Of a DNA stretch of 38,380 bases, positions 8,723 through 17,582 are shown one piece after another (the stretch's first letter is position 1; each line of letters begins with the position of its first letter). Source of the stretch: Bdellovibrionales bacterium (GTDB taxonomy: Bacteria > Bdellovibrionota > UBA1018 > CAIMNF01). The DNA is taken from positions 1 through 38,380 of the forward strand of contig JBEIJY010000028.1 of the NCBI GenBank assembly GCA_040380025.1, written 5' to 3'. Made by a program: the position numbers and the translations under genes. The notes beneath the pieces were generated by a model, which had not been told where the DNA came from, ran no database searches, and worked only from the letters and a program-made list of their open reading frames with translations.

Positions 8723-11007
8723 GGGGAATCGCAAAACTCGTTGTCCTTCTGTCCGTTCTTCTTCCAGTTGGGCATTCCTATGCGCAGGATGCGGGAAAAC
8801 TCTCCCAGATCGGCGCGGACCGGACCATCCTGAAACGCCGTGAGAATCTGGTTCTCCTGCGCGGGAACGCGTTTGTCTTCCGCGAAAACGAATCCATCCG
8901 TGCCGATTCGATCGATTACGACCAGACCCGGAACTTCGTCCGCGCCAAGGGCCGCGTGGTGTACCAGTATGATTCGTACACCATCCGGGCCGACGAGATC
9001 GAAGTCGATCTCGTGAATCACATCGGGACCGCGATCAACGGGAACCTGTCGAACGGCCGGTTCTCGCTCCGGGGCACGCGGTTGGTGCAGGAGGGGATGA
9101 CCCATTTCAATGTGACGGACTACCAGTACACCACCTGCGTGGATTGTCCGGGGTCGTGGGAGTTCACCGGGTCGAATGCGGATTTCACGATCGGGGGCTA
9201 TGCCTTCATCCGGGATTTCATCTTCAAGATCAAGGATGCGTCCCTGATGTGGATTCCGTATCTCGTAGTGCCGGTCAAGACGGAGCGGGAGTCCGGGCTG
9301 ATCTTCCCCCGATTCGGGGTGAATCAGGTGTACGGGCCGTTCGTGGTCCAGCCCTTCTTCTGGGCGATCAACCCCTGGTCCGACATGACCATCGGTGCGG
9401 GATATTACGGAAGCCGGGGAAGCCGCTTTGAGTGGGAGGGGCGCTACGCGCTCACATCGCGGAGTCAGGGAACGCTCAATTTTTTTCTGACCCGCGATTC
9501 GTCGGTGCCGGGATTGAATTCGCGCTTCGCGATCAAGACCGCGATGACCCAGGAGCTTCCGCTCGGCTTCGAAGGCAAGCTTCGCATCAATGAAGTGAGC
9601 GATTCGGGGTATCCGGTCATTTACTCCGAGGACATTCTCGGTCGCTTCGAGCCGGTCCTGAGCAGTGATCTTTTTTTCTCGCGGAATGACCCCGATGTCA
9701 GCACGGTCATTTCCTTTCGCAGGTTCCGAAACCTCTTGCGGTTTGATTCCAGCGGACGACCGGTCGAGGGGTTCGACGGAAAAACCGTGCAGGAGTTCCC
9801 CCGGATCGTCGTGAACTCGAATGATCGTTTCATCTTCGGTCAGAGCTTTGCTGCGGGAATCGAGACCCGCTTCAATCGCTTCACCCGTGCCGAGGGCCCC
9901 TTTGACCGGTTTTCGGTGGACGGAACCGAGTCCGAGACGATCCGCAAGGCCAACCGTTTCACGATCATTCCGAATCTCTACACGACCTTGATGCCCGCCC
10001 CGTGGCTCTCCCTGACCCCTTCGGTGCAATACCGCTCGTTTTTTTATAATTTCGATGGTCTCTATCCGAACCTCGGGCGCGGCTATCTGCTCGGGCAGGC
10101 CGAACTCGGCCTTCAGCTCGAAAAAACCTACCGCTCCGAGGGTTCCGGAACGTCCTACAAACACACGATCCGGCCCACCCTGACCTATTCGGTGATTCCC
10201 ACCATCCAGACCACCCCGAACCATCCGTTTGTCGAGCAGGTGCAGAACCAGGCAAGGCCTGGCCAGTATTTCGACAACTGGGATATTGTTCCGCAAAAGA
10301 CGACCCAAAACCTGAACAGCTACTTCACCCCGCTCGGAAACTCGCTCACCTACGGGGCGGTGTCGCAGGTATTCTCGCGCACCCGGGATTCCGCCGCGAA
10401 TGGCAAAGCCATGCGGCGATTCGAGATCGGCTTCAACCAGACTCTCGATATTCTCGAAGCAAAGCGGCCGATTCCGGCGGGACAAAGTGACAATCGGATT
10501 TACCTCTCGCCCCTGTTCTCGCATGTGAGCTATGGCGATGAATCCTTCGTCAGCAGCATTGAATACACGTATTACTCGTTCCTTGACCGATATCAGGACG
10601 CCCAGCTGATCTCGACGCCGAGTCCGCACCGGGTGAACGGCAGTTTCTCTTGGATATTGGCCCGAAAGCTCAAGGATGGTCTTTTGCGGTTCGAGCGGAG
10701 TCTGAATGCGGGCTACACCTTCTCGAAGCTGACGGCGCGGGTGTCATCCCTGCAGACTTCGGGGGTCTTCTCGATCAATGATTACATCATGCCGAAGGCA
10801 TCGCTCTCGTACAATCTCGTGACCGGAAGTTTCGCGCTTCTCGAAAGCGCCTTCGGAGTGTTGTTCCAGAGTCCGTCACGATGTTGGCAGCTGGAGCTCG
10901 GCCTGAATCGCTCCATCGACCGCGGTGCCGGATTCCTGATGAACTTCTCGCTCAACTTTTCCGGTGAATCGGTGATCAATACCCAGGATCCGTTGAAAAA
11001 ACAGTGA
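8710..11007 (+). CDS. lptD: LPS assembly outer-membrane protein LptD (OstA)
   Basis: Signal peptide, OstA-like N-terminal beta-jellyroll, YTTCVDCPGSW, PVKTERESGLIFP, long beta-barrel with SRCW near the C-terminus; GTG start overlaps the accD stop. Confidence 0.9.
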   Translation: MQVLRGIAKLVVLLSVLLPVGHSYAQDAGKLSQIGADRTILKRRENLVLLRGNAFVFRENESIRADSIDYDQTRNFVRAKGRVVYQYDSYTIRADEIEVDLVNHIGTAINGNLSNGRFSLRGTRLVQEGMTHFNVTDYQYTTCVDCPGSWEFTGSNADFTIGGYAFIRDFIFKIKDASLMWIPYLVVPVKTERESGLIFPRFGVNQVYGPFVVQPFFWAINPWSDMTIGAGYYGSRGSRFEWEGRYALTSRSQGTLNFFLTRDSSVPGLNSRFAIKTAMTQELPLGFEGKLRINEVSDSGYPVIYSEDILGRFEPVLSSDLFFSRNDPDVSTVISFRRFRNLLRFDSSGRPVEGFDGKTVQEFPRIVVNSNDRFIFGQSFAAGIETRFNRFTRAEGPFDRFSVDGTESETIRKANRFTIIPNLYTTLMPAPWLSLTPSVQYRSFFYNFDGLYPNLGRGYLLGQAELGLQLEKTYRSEGSGTSYKHTIRPTLTYSVIPTIQTTPNHPFVEQVQNQARPGQYFDNWDIVPQKTTQNLNSYFTPLGNSLTYGAVSQVFSRTRDSAANGKAMRRFEIGFNQTLDILEAKRPIPAGQSDNRIYLSPLFSHVSYGDESFVSSIEYTYYSFLDRYQDAQLISTPSPHRVNGSFSWILARKLKDGLLRFERSLNAGYTFSKLTARVSSLQTSGVFSINDYIMPKASLSYNLVTGSFALLESAFGVLFQSPSRCWQLELGLNRSIDRGAGFLMNFSLNFSGESVINTQDPLKKQ

Positions 11008-11028
11008 TGTGCCGGTACACTGGAGTTC

Positions 11029-11790
11029 ATGAAAATTCTCCTCTCCAATGACGACGGGGTTCACGCAATCGGCATCCGGATCCTGTACGAGGAATTGAAA
11101 AAACTGGGCTCCGTCAAGGTGGTGGCCCCTCTCGAAGAAAAAAGCACCATGGGCCATGCGCTGACCTTGCACAAGCCCCTGCGCCTGAATCCGATTGCCA
11201 AGGATTTTTACGGCGTCAACGGTTCGCCCGCCGATTGTGTCTACCTTGGAATCAAGCAGGTGCTGAAGGACAAGCCCGACATCGTGGTTTCGGGCATCAA
11301 TCGCGGCGCCAATCTCGGTCAGGACGTGTATTATTCGGGTACGGTTTCGGCCGCGCGCGAGGGCTGCATGCTCGGGATTCCTTCGTATGCGGTGAGTCTG
11401 GATGTGGATTTCAAAAATCGAAAGCCCGAGAACAAACTTCATTATGCTTCGGCCGCGAAGATGGCTGCGCGCGTGATCCGCGAGTATCAAAAGCGCGGTT
11501 TGCCGAAGTTCACGCTTTTGAACATCAACGTGCCGGATCGCCCGATGAGCCGGATCAAAGGCATCGTAGCGGCGCGCCAGGGGTTTCGCTTTTACTCGAG
11601 TGACGTCCTGAAGCGGACGGATCATCGTGGAAAAGACTACTTCTGGGTGGGGGGGCAGTATCATGGTTTCGAGCCGGAATCCGATACGGACTGTGCAGTG
11701 GTTCATAAGGGGTATGTCGCGATTTCGCCGCTCAAGCTGGACGTGACCGACATGGCCTATCTCGAAGAAATGAGAAGAACCGCGGAGTAG
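11029..11790 (+). CDS. surE: 5'/3'-nucleotidase SurE
   Basis: ILLSNDDG, GSPADCV, SGINRGANLGQDVYYSGTVSAAREG. Confidence 0.97.
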   Translation: MKILLSNDDGVHAIGIRILYEELKKLGSVKVVAPLEEKSTMGHALTLHKPLRLNPIAKDFYGVNGSPADCVYLGIKQVLKDKPDIVVSGINRGANLGQDVYYSGTVSAAREGCMLGIPSYAVSLDVDFKNRKPENKLHYASAAKMAARVIREYQKRGLPKFTLLNINVPDRPMSRIKGIVAARQGFRFYSSDVLKRTDHRGKDYFWVGGQYHGFEPESDTDCAVVHKGYVAISPLKLDVTDMAYLEEMRRTAE

Positions 11791-11799
11791 GAACAAAGG

Positions 11800-12441
11800 A
11801 TGACGCTCTTCCGAAGAAAAAATGCGATTTCCCTGTGCGGTTTTTTTCTGGCTCTTGCGGTCTCCGCGTGCTCGACCGTGAAGGTCCGGGACGGTCGTCA
11901 GGGTCTGCTCGATCAGCGGCCTGGAAAATCTCACGAAAAAGGCGAGTTCTCGCGCCGGATCTCGCCCGAGACCGTGACCCCTGATCTTTTCGGCGATGTG
12001 AATCTGATCGGAAGATGGCAATGGCCGCTCCGGAACGTCGAGATTTCCTCCCAGTACGGGGAACGGGGACGGCGGTTTCATCAGGGAATCGACCTGCGTG
12101 CGCCGATCGGGACGCCCGTCGAGGCGGCATCGGACGGCGAGGTCGTGTATGTGGGCTCGAAAATCAGGGGATACGGCCGGATGGTGGTGCTGAAGCACGG
12201 GGACGGGTACTATACCGTCTATGCGCATCACTCGAAAAATCGGGTGAATCTGAATCAAAAGGTGAAGGCCGGACAGGTCATCGCCCTCTCGGGAAAATCC
12301 GGGCACGCAAGCGGGCCGCATCTGCACTTTGAGCTTCGCCGGGGCGCACGGAGCATCGATCCCGAATATGCGCTGAATCGCTATTTCAAGACTGCGGCGA
12401 ATCGCCGGATTGCGAGCCGCTCCCGGAACGAATCTCACTGA
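11800..12441 (+). CDS. M23 family metallopeptidase lipoprotein (NlpD-like, no LysM)
   Basis: Lipobox VSAC; WQWP; HQGID (HxxxD), YAH, GPHLHFE (HxH) zinc ligands intact. Confidence 0.9.
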   Translation: MTLFRRKNAISLCGFFLALAVSACSTVKVRDGRQGLLDQRPGKSHEKGEFSRRISPETVTPDLFGDVNLIGRWQWPLRNVEISSQYGERGRRFHQGIDLRAPIGTPVEAASDGEVVYVGSKIRGYGRMVVLKHGDGYYTVYAHHSKNRVNLNQKVKAGQVIALSGKSGHASGPHLHFELRRGARSIDPEYALNRYFKTAANRRIASRSRNESH

Positions 12442-13228
12442 TGCCGGGGATCCTTTGACAGAATAACGCGGAAGCCACTTTCGATGCGGTGGAGCGATCA
12501 AGACTCCGTCGCACGAGTTCCAGTGTGATTTCATCCCTCCGCTCGGGCGCATCGGGAGCGATGGCGGTCGCGACCTCGCGGAAGCGCTCCAAAAAGTGCA
12601 GGGTGACACGCATTTCCTGGCTCGAGTCTCCCCAAGGCGTTGCCCACGACGGGATTGCGTTTTGCATCCGGGACCGGAACGAGGATTCCCGCAGCCGGAT
12701 TTGCTCCAGAGCCGGGCCCAATCCGGCGGCCCGAAAGAACCATTGTTCCGGTGCGAGAAGCACCTCGCAATCGAGGTCCGGCTCGGGACCGAACGAGAAG
12801 CGAATTTCGACCGGAAGCACCTCGGGAACGCGGAAGGATCCGCAGACGAGGCCGTTCATGTGGGTTTCGAGCGATTCCTCATCGAGCTTCGGAAGCCCGA
12901 CCACGTGTCCCGCGATTCCGATCAGGCGGGGGGCGGTTTGCCCCCGGAACCAGTACGGAGCGACCCAGAGGAACCGGCCGCGGTTTCCCACGAACTCTTT
13001 CGTCACAAAGGGGCGGGACAGCAGGTTCCAGTCGTTTTTTTGAAGCGAACTCCGAAGCCCTTCCAAGAATGGCAGCGGATACGGCTGGCGGTTTTCGAGC
13101 TCGATCAGGTCCTGAAGGTGTTGAATTCCAAGGGTGCGGTTTTCATCGCGAAGCGCACTGAAGAAATCGAGAACCCGACCGGTCCATGGTCCGCAATCAG
13201 AAGAAGAGCAATCGTGATGAGTCAGCAT
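12386..13228 (-). CDS. Hypothetical protein (~280 aa)
   Basis: Long ORF with globular composition filling the gap; start placed at ATG 13228, just downstream of a sigma54-like motif (ORF-track start 13327). Confidence 0.65.
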   Translation of the reverse strand: MLTHHDCSSSDCGPWTGRVLDFFSALRDENRTLGIQHLQDLIELENRQPYPLPFLEGLRSSLQKNDWNLLSRPFVTKEFVGNRGRFLWVAPYWFRGQTAPRLIGIAGHVVGLPKLDEESLETHMNGLVCGSFRVPEVLPVEIRFSFGPEPDLDCEVLLAPEQWFFRAAGLGPALEQIRLRESSFRSRMQNAIPSWATPWGDSSQEMRVTLHFLERFREVATAIAPDAPERRDEITLELVRRSLDRSTASKVASALFCQRIPGISEIRSGSGSQSGDSPQS

Positions 13229-13240
13229 GATCTGCTGATG

Positions 13241-13256
13241 TGCAGATCCCGTGCCA
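13241..13256 (-). promoter_or_regulatory. Sigma54 -24/-12 promoter (TGGCACG-GGAT-CTGCA)
   Basis: One mismatch to TGGCACG-N4-TTGCA; predicted +1 about 13230, just before ATG 13228. Confidence 0.6.
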
Positions 13257-13336
13257 CGCATGCAGTGTGTGTTTGGCGTGCGCTGGCCTCGATTTGTGGC
13301 GGATTCCCCTGAGCGGAATGTCCACACTGCGGACCC

Positions 13337-14272
13337 TCAAAGAAAAGTTCCGATCGTGAGCTTGGATTTGCAAAAGAGGAGCCATTCCGCCCCTTCGCCT
13401 CCGATCACCCGGCAACCCTCAAAGTGCACGTTCGAAGATACGCGGGAATTGCGGTTCACGACAAAGCTCTCTCCTGCGCCATCTTCGGTCGAGTTGTCGA
13501 ACAGGAATTCTTGCGAGTTGGCCCGCAGGAGCCCGGTGCTTCCGCTCAGCTTAGAAGCGATTTCGGTTGATTCATCCAAAAACGAAGCGGTTTCCTGGTT
13601 TTTGATTTTTTCCCGCATGCGTGCCGTGCCGAGCGAGTAAATGCTGCTGCCTTCGGATTCGTTTTTCCAGACGGTCACGAAGACATTCGAGGAATCCGCG
13701 GCCATGCCTCCGGAATATCCGGGAACCCGGATCAGAAGAGGACGGACCGTGCTTTGGCGGGTGGATTTGTTGAGCTCAAGAAGACGGACGAATCCGGATC
13801 CCTCCGCGCCACCCGGCCAAGGGCGGCCGTTCAGGAGGAAGCGGATGGAATCATTGGTCTCGCCCCAATAAACAGAGGCGTAGGTGCCGTTCTCGAGTGC
13901 GAGGTCCGGGCCTCTCGAGATGCTCCGGGTGTTCGAATCCAGCACGCAGACGAATTTTCTTCCGAGAAAGAACGGACGCGCAAACTGCGTGGTGCGCAGA
14001 TTCGTGAGCTGGCAGCCCTCGTTCAGGCGGAGAGTGCCGGTTTGAATGACCTTTTTTCCGGTCAGGGAATAGCTCGCGAAGTGTCCGTTCGCGTCGAGCA
14101 CCAGCACCCGGTCGGGGTGGTTCGATTCGCGGAACGCAACGGTTTCGCCCGAAAAAGCAGCGGTCCGGTCGGTTCCGAAGTCATGCAGGGTCCGGAACGT
14201 CGCAAAGCTCCGCATCGGGAGCGCCAACACGGACAGAACAAACAAAACTTCAATTCCCTTTTGAATACGCAT
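13337..14272 (-). CDS. Hypothetical exported protein (beta-rich, possibly propeller-like)
   Basis: Signal peptide ending SFA; beta-strand-like periodicity and several Cys; start overlaps the upstream gene's end. Confidence 0.75.
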   Translation of the reverse strand: MRIQKGIEVLFVLSVLALPMRSFATFRTLHDFGTDRTAAFSGETVAFRESNHPDRVLVLDANGHFASYSLTGKKVIQTGTLRLNEGCQLTNLRTTQFARPFFLGRKFVCVLDSNTRSISRGPDLALENGTYASVYWGETNDSIRFLLNGRPWPGGAEGSGFVRLLELNKSTRQSTVRPLLIRVPGYSGGMAADSSNVFVTVWKNESEGSSIYSLGTARMREKIKNQETASFLDESTEIASKLSGSTGLLRANSQEFLFDNSTEDGAGESFVVNRNSRVSSNVHFEGCRVIGGEGAEWLLFCKSKLTIGTFL

Positions 14273-15566
14273 GAATCATCCGCAACGAATCAAGATCGAA
14301 CCCTTCGGTGTTCTTTCCTTCCTTCGCCTTTCCTTTTCTGTCTTTGCCTTTGTTGATGTTGGCATTATTGCCCAGATCCTGAATCAGAATGAACCGCGCG
14401 TTCTTCACGCCGATCGAGGCGAGATCGAAGGTGTCTCCCCCTTTCGCCGTGGGGACGACCCCTGCGCACCCGGAAATCCGTCCGAGGTCGGGCCGGCATT
14501 CGAACCAGCGGAAGGACGCGAGGTCCGGGCTCGGTGAAACTCCGACCCGCGCGAATTCCTGATAGAGCTTTCCGCCGCCATACGAGAACACATTCTCGTA
14601 GATCACAAAATCCGCTCCCAATCCGTCCAGAAGCTCGCCCCCTCCCGTAATCTCGAGCAGGAGGGATCCTCCGTGACCGAAGCTCAGGACTTTCTTCTGC
14701 AGGTTCAACAGGGCATCCGGATCCTCCTCGTCGATTTCATCCAAGGTGAAATCCGGTCCCCGGAGCGAGAATTCAATCGGAGCACGCAGGGCAATCACTC
14801 CTCCGGAATCGGTTTTTCCGCGGTTGAACCGCACCGGGCGCCAGGCATTCTCGGGAAGACGGATTCGCTTCGGGGGCGGTGGCGCGGAAGAGCCGTCAGC
14901 GGATCCTCCGGAAGATCCCGAAGAAGAGGAGCCCGAAGAAGGGCTGTCTTGGGAGACCGGAGTGACCTCGATGTTTGCTTCAGGGGAGATTTCTTTGGAG
15001 CGTCCGGCAAGAATGCCATCGATCAAGGCCGGGTTGCTCAGGCGAAGCACGCGATCCCCCTCCGAGGAAGGATCATAGAGTCCGGAAGGCGCGGGCCGTG
15101 AATTCTCGCGGTTCGCTGTGCCGGCCGGAGTTTCTCCGCGGGGAAGGAAAACTTGGGGCTCGCCGTCTGGGAACTGGTAGTACGCGATCCGGTGGGGCGG
15201 GTACATCGGATTGTAAAAGGGAGCGACATCGGAGGGCTTCAGGTCGGATTGCGACAAATCAAAGCGCTCCTCGACGACCCGTTCGTCTTCGGACCCGGCC
15301 GGGGCCGCAGGGGCGGGCTCATCGGGTTTTGGTTCTATCGTTTGTGCCTCGGGTGCGGGCGGTTCGATCGGAGCGGAGGTCTCGAATGCCAGCGCTTCGG
15401 ATGATTCCTGTGAGGAAGATTCGCTGGCCTCGGGCGGAAGGGCCCGAAGCGGTTGAGGGCTCGAAATGACCTTGGATTCCGGCGAAAGAAATCGGCCGAT
15501 CGGCTCGATCGCAAACGGAGCGAGCAGCACGGCGAGCACGAGGAATGAATACGCGAAAGACTTCAT
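14250..15566 (-). CDS. Membrane-anchored/exported cell-surface protein with Pro/Ser/Glu-rich linker and conserved C-terminal domain
   Basis: N-terminal hydrophobic segment, low-complexity linker, C-terminal VLSFGHGGSL...DGLGADFVIYENVF...GCAGVVP...GGDTFDLASIG...GFDLD resembling cell-surface proteins of Myxococcales/Leptospira (from recall). Confidence 0.75.
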   Translation of the reverse strand: MKSFAYSFLVLAVLLAPFAIEPIGRFLSPESKVISSPQPLRALPPEASESSSQESSEALAFETSAPIEPPAPEAQTIEPKPDEPAPAAPAGSEDERVVEERFDLSQSDLKPSDVAPFYNPMYPPHRIAYYQFPDGEPQVFLPRGETPAGTANRENSRPAPSGLYDPSSEGDRVLRLSNPALIDGILAGRSKEISPEANIEVTPVSQDSPSSGSSSSGSSGGSADGSSAPPPPKRIRLPENAWRPVRFNRGKTDSGGVIALRAPIEFSLRGPDFTLDEIDEEDPDALLNLQKKVLSFGHGGSLLLEITGGGELLDGLGADFVIYENVFSYGGGKLYQEFARVGVSPSPDLASFRWFECRPDLGRISGCAGVVPTAKGGDTFDLASIGVKNARFILIQDLGNNANINKGKDRKGKAKEGKNTEGFDLDSLRMIHAYSKGN

Positions 15567-15643
15567 TTTTTAATCAAAGCAGATGGATCGGGATTGATTT
15601 CGGCGGAAGCTACCACGGAAGGAGGGAGACGAACAGAAGAAAA

Positions 15644-15720
15644 TGGCGGGAGTGAAGGGACTCGAACCCTCGGCCTTCGCCGTGACAGGGCGACGTTGTA
15701 ACCAACTCAACTACACCCCC
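15644..15720 (-). tRNA. tRNA-Asp(GTC), CCA encoded
   Basis: Acceptor GGGGGTG/CACTCCC + GCCA, anticodon arm TCGCC-CTGTCAC-GGCGA, T-arm GAGGG-TTCGAGT-CCCTT; 77 nt. Confidence 0.97.
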
Positions 15721-15847
15721 GCATGAAGAAAGTGTGCCGTAGAAGAAGAACCTAACTTCAACGGCAGAGTTTGTCCACATTCTTTTCGCAATCCACGCGA
15801 ATCCTTCGCTGTTGCCTCCCTCAATCGAGTCCGTTAAAGTCGGCGTC

Positions 15848-17107
15848 ATGTGGAAGAAGCCCAAACTCACGACCTGGATTTTCATCGCTCTGATCGCAGG
15901 CCTCGTTCTCGGCCATTTTTTTCCGGAGTTCGCGCTCACGCTGAAGCCCCTGCGCGGGCTTTTCCTGAACGGAGTGAAGTGCATCATTGCGCCGCTCATT
16001 TTCGCATCGATCGTGGTCGGAGTGAGTTCGGCGGGTTCGGTGGCGGGACTCGGAAAGACCGGAGTCCGCGCCATTCTTTACTTCGAGCTCGCCACGACAC
16101 TTGCGCTTGTGGTGGGACTCGTGATGGTGAATCTGTTCCGTCCGGGCGAGGGCATCACGCTTCTGCATGGTCTTTCGGATGCGGTCCAAAAAGCGAGCGG
16201 GACCAAGCTGAGCTTCGGCGGATTCATCGAGCATCTTCTGCCGACGAACTTCGCCGAGGCGATCGTGAAGGGGGATGTGCTCCAGATCGTGCTCTTTTCT
16301 TCGATTTTCGCTGTGGCCGCCCTGATGGCCGGAGAAAAGGCCCGTCCCGTGGTTTCGTTCTGCGAGGGATTGAATGAGGTGATGTTCAAGTTCACGGGCA
16401 TCGTCATGATGCTTGCGCCGGTGGGGGTGGGTGCCGCCGCCGCGACTGGTGTGGCGGAACACGGCATCGGCGTGGTGGTGCCGCTTTTGAAGCTGGTGGG
16501 AACGCTGTATTTGGCGCTGATCGTGTTTGTGGCGCTCGTGCTGATTCCGGCGCTTTGGTACGCGCGGGTGAACCTGGTCGCGTTTTTTCGCGAGCTCCGG
16601 CCTGCGGTTCTGCTGGCGTTTGCGACCACCTCGAGCGAGAGCGCTTATCCACAGGCCCTGCAGTCGCTCGAACGCATGGGCGTGAAAAAGCGCATCTCGA
16701 GCTTTGTCCTGCCCCTCGGGTATTCCTTCAACCTCGACGGATCGACCCTGTACCTTGCTCTGGCCTCGGTATTCGTGGCCCAAGCGGCGCAGATCGAGCT
16801 TACGATCGGGACCCAGATCACCATGATGCTGACCCTGATGCTCACCACCAAGGGCGTAGCGGCGGTTCCGCGGGCCTCGCTCGTCGTGCTCTCGGGCACG
16901 CTCACGGCCTTTGGGCTTCCGCTCGAGGGGATCACGCTCATTCTGGGCGTCGATGAGTTCATGGACATGGCGAGAACTGCGGTGAATCTGGTCGGAAACT
17001 GCGTTGCCACCGTGGTGGTGTCGCGAATGGAGGGCGAGGAGCTCGCGCCGGAATTCCGCGCGGGCGCAGCCTCAGTTGCTCTTTCCCGCGTGGATCAGGG
17101 TCTTTAA
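15848..17107 (+). CDS. Dicarboxylate/amino acid:cation symporter (GltP/DctA family)
   Basis: AFATTSSES, FVLPLGYSFNLDGST, TKGVAAVPRASL, DMARTAVNLVGN; TAAAGT 7 nt before ATG 15848. Confidence 0.95.
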   Translation: MWKKPKLTTWIFIALIAGLVLGHFFPEFALTLKPLRGLFLNGVKCIIAPLIFASIVVGVSSAGSVAGLGKTGVRAILYFELATTLALVVGLVMVNLFRPGEGITLLHGLSDAVQKASGTKLSFGGFIEHLLPTNFAEAIVKGDVLQIVLFSSIFAVAALMAGEKARPVVSFCEGLNEVMFKFTGIVMMLAPVGVGAAAATGVAEHGIGVVVPLLKLVGTLYLALIVFVALVLIPALWYARVNLVAFFRELRPAVLLAFATTSSESAYPQALQSLERMGVKKRISSFVLPLGYSFNLDGSTLYLALASVFVAQAAQIELTIGTQITMMLTLMLTTKGVAAVPRASLVVLSGTLTAFGLPLEGITLILGVDEFMDMARTAVNLVGNCVATVVVSRMEGEELAPEFRAGAASVALSRVDQGL

Positions 17108-17542
17108 ATCATTCCGGAACAGCACTTCGATCTTGTTCGGGAAGATTTGCTTCTGGATGATTCCATCGCCGAAGGTCGGGTGGGAGATTCGATCTCCCGC
17201 TGAAAACGACTGGTCGGCCGCATAGGGTTTCGACTCGCGGGTCGAAGCGTTGATTTGCTTCATCCACTCATTCTCGACAGGGACGGTCTTCTCGGCCGGA
17301 GCGGCTGCCCGTGAGGCCCGGGCAGAGACGCCCGGCATGCCACGGGATGGAGCGATCGAGCCCGGTTCTTTCACACCTTTTTTGGGTTTGTAATTGTGTT
17401 CGCTCTTGCAGGTCCGGCAAAGCACGCGGGCCGGGATGCCGCCCATCATCGACATGATCGTGTGACCGAGATCCATTTTGCAACGGGTGCAGTAGCTGAC
17501 GAGTTCTTTTCCGACGGACAGGGGGGTGCTCGAGGTATTCAT
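17072..17542 (-). CDS. Zinc-ribbon protein with C-terminal UvrD/PcrA-CTD (Tudor)-like domain
   Basis: CTRC...H...CRTC...H N-terminal module, Ala/Pro linker, C-terminal FSAGDRISHPTFGDGII...IEVLF. Confidence 0.8.
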   Translation of the reverse strand: MNTSSTPLSVGKELVSYCTRCKMDLGHTIMSMMGGIPARVLCRTCKSEHNYKPKKGVKEPGSIAPSRGMPGVSARASRAAAPAEKTVPVENEWMKQINASTRESKPYAADQSFSAGDRISHPTFGDGIIQKQIFPNKIEVLFRNDLKTLIHAGKSN

Positions 17543-17582
17543 GCGCTTTTGCTCAGAATAGCGTAAAATGGGAGTTCTGAGT

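Noticed and set aside
12386..15720. Genomic island integrated at tRNA-Asp
   Set aside because: Three hypothetical genes follow the tRNA 3' end, but there is no integrase, no duplicated tRNA 3' end (att) that I could find and no obvious compositional shift.
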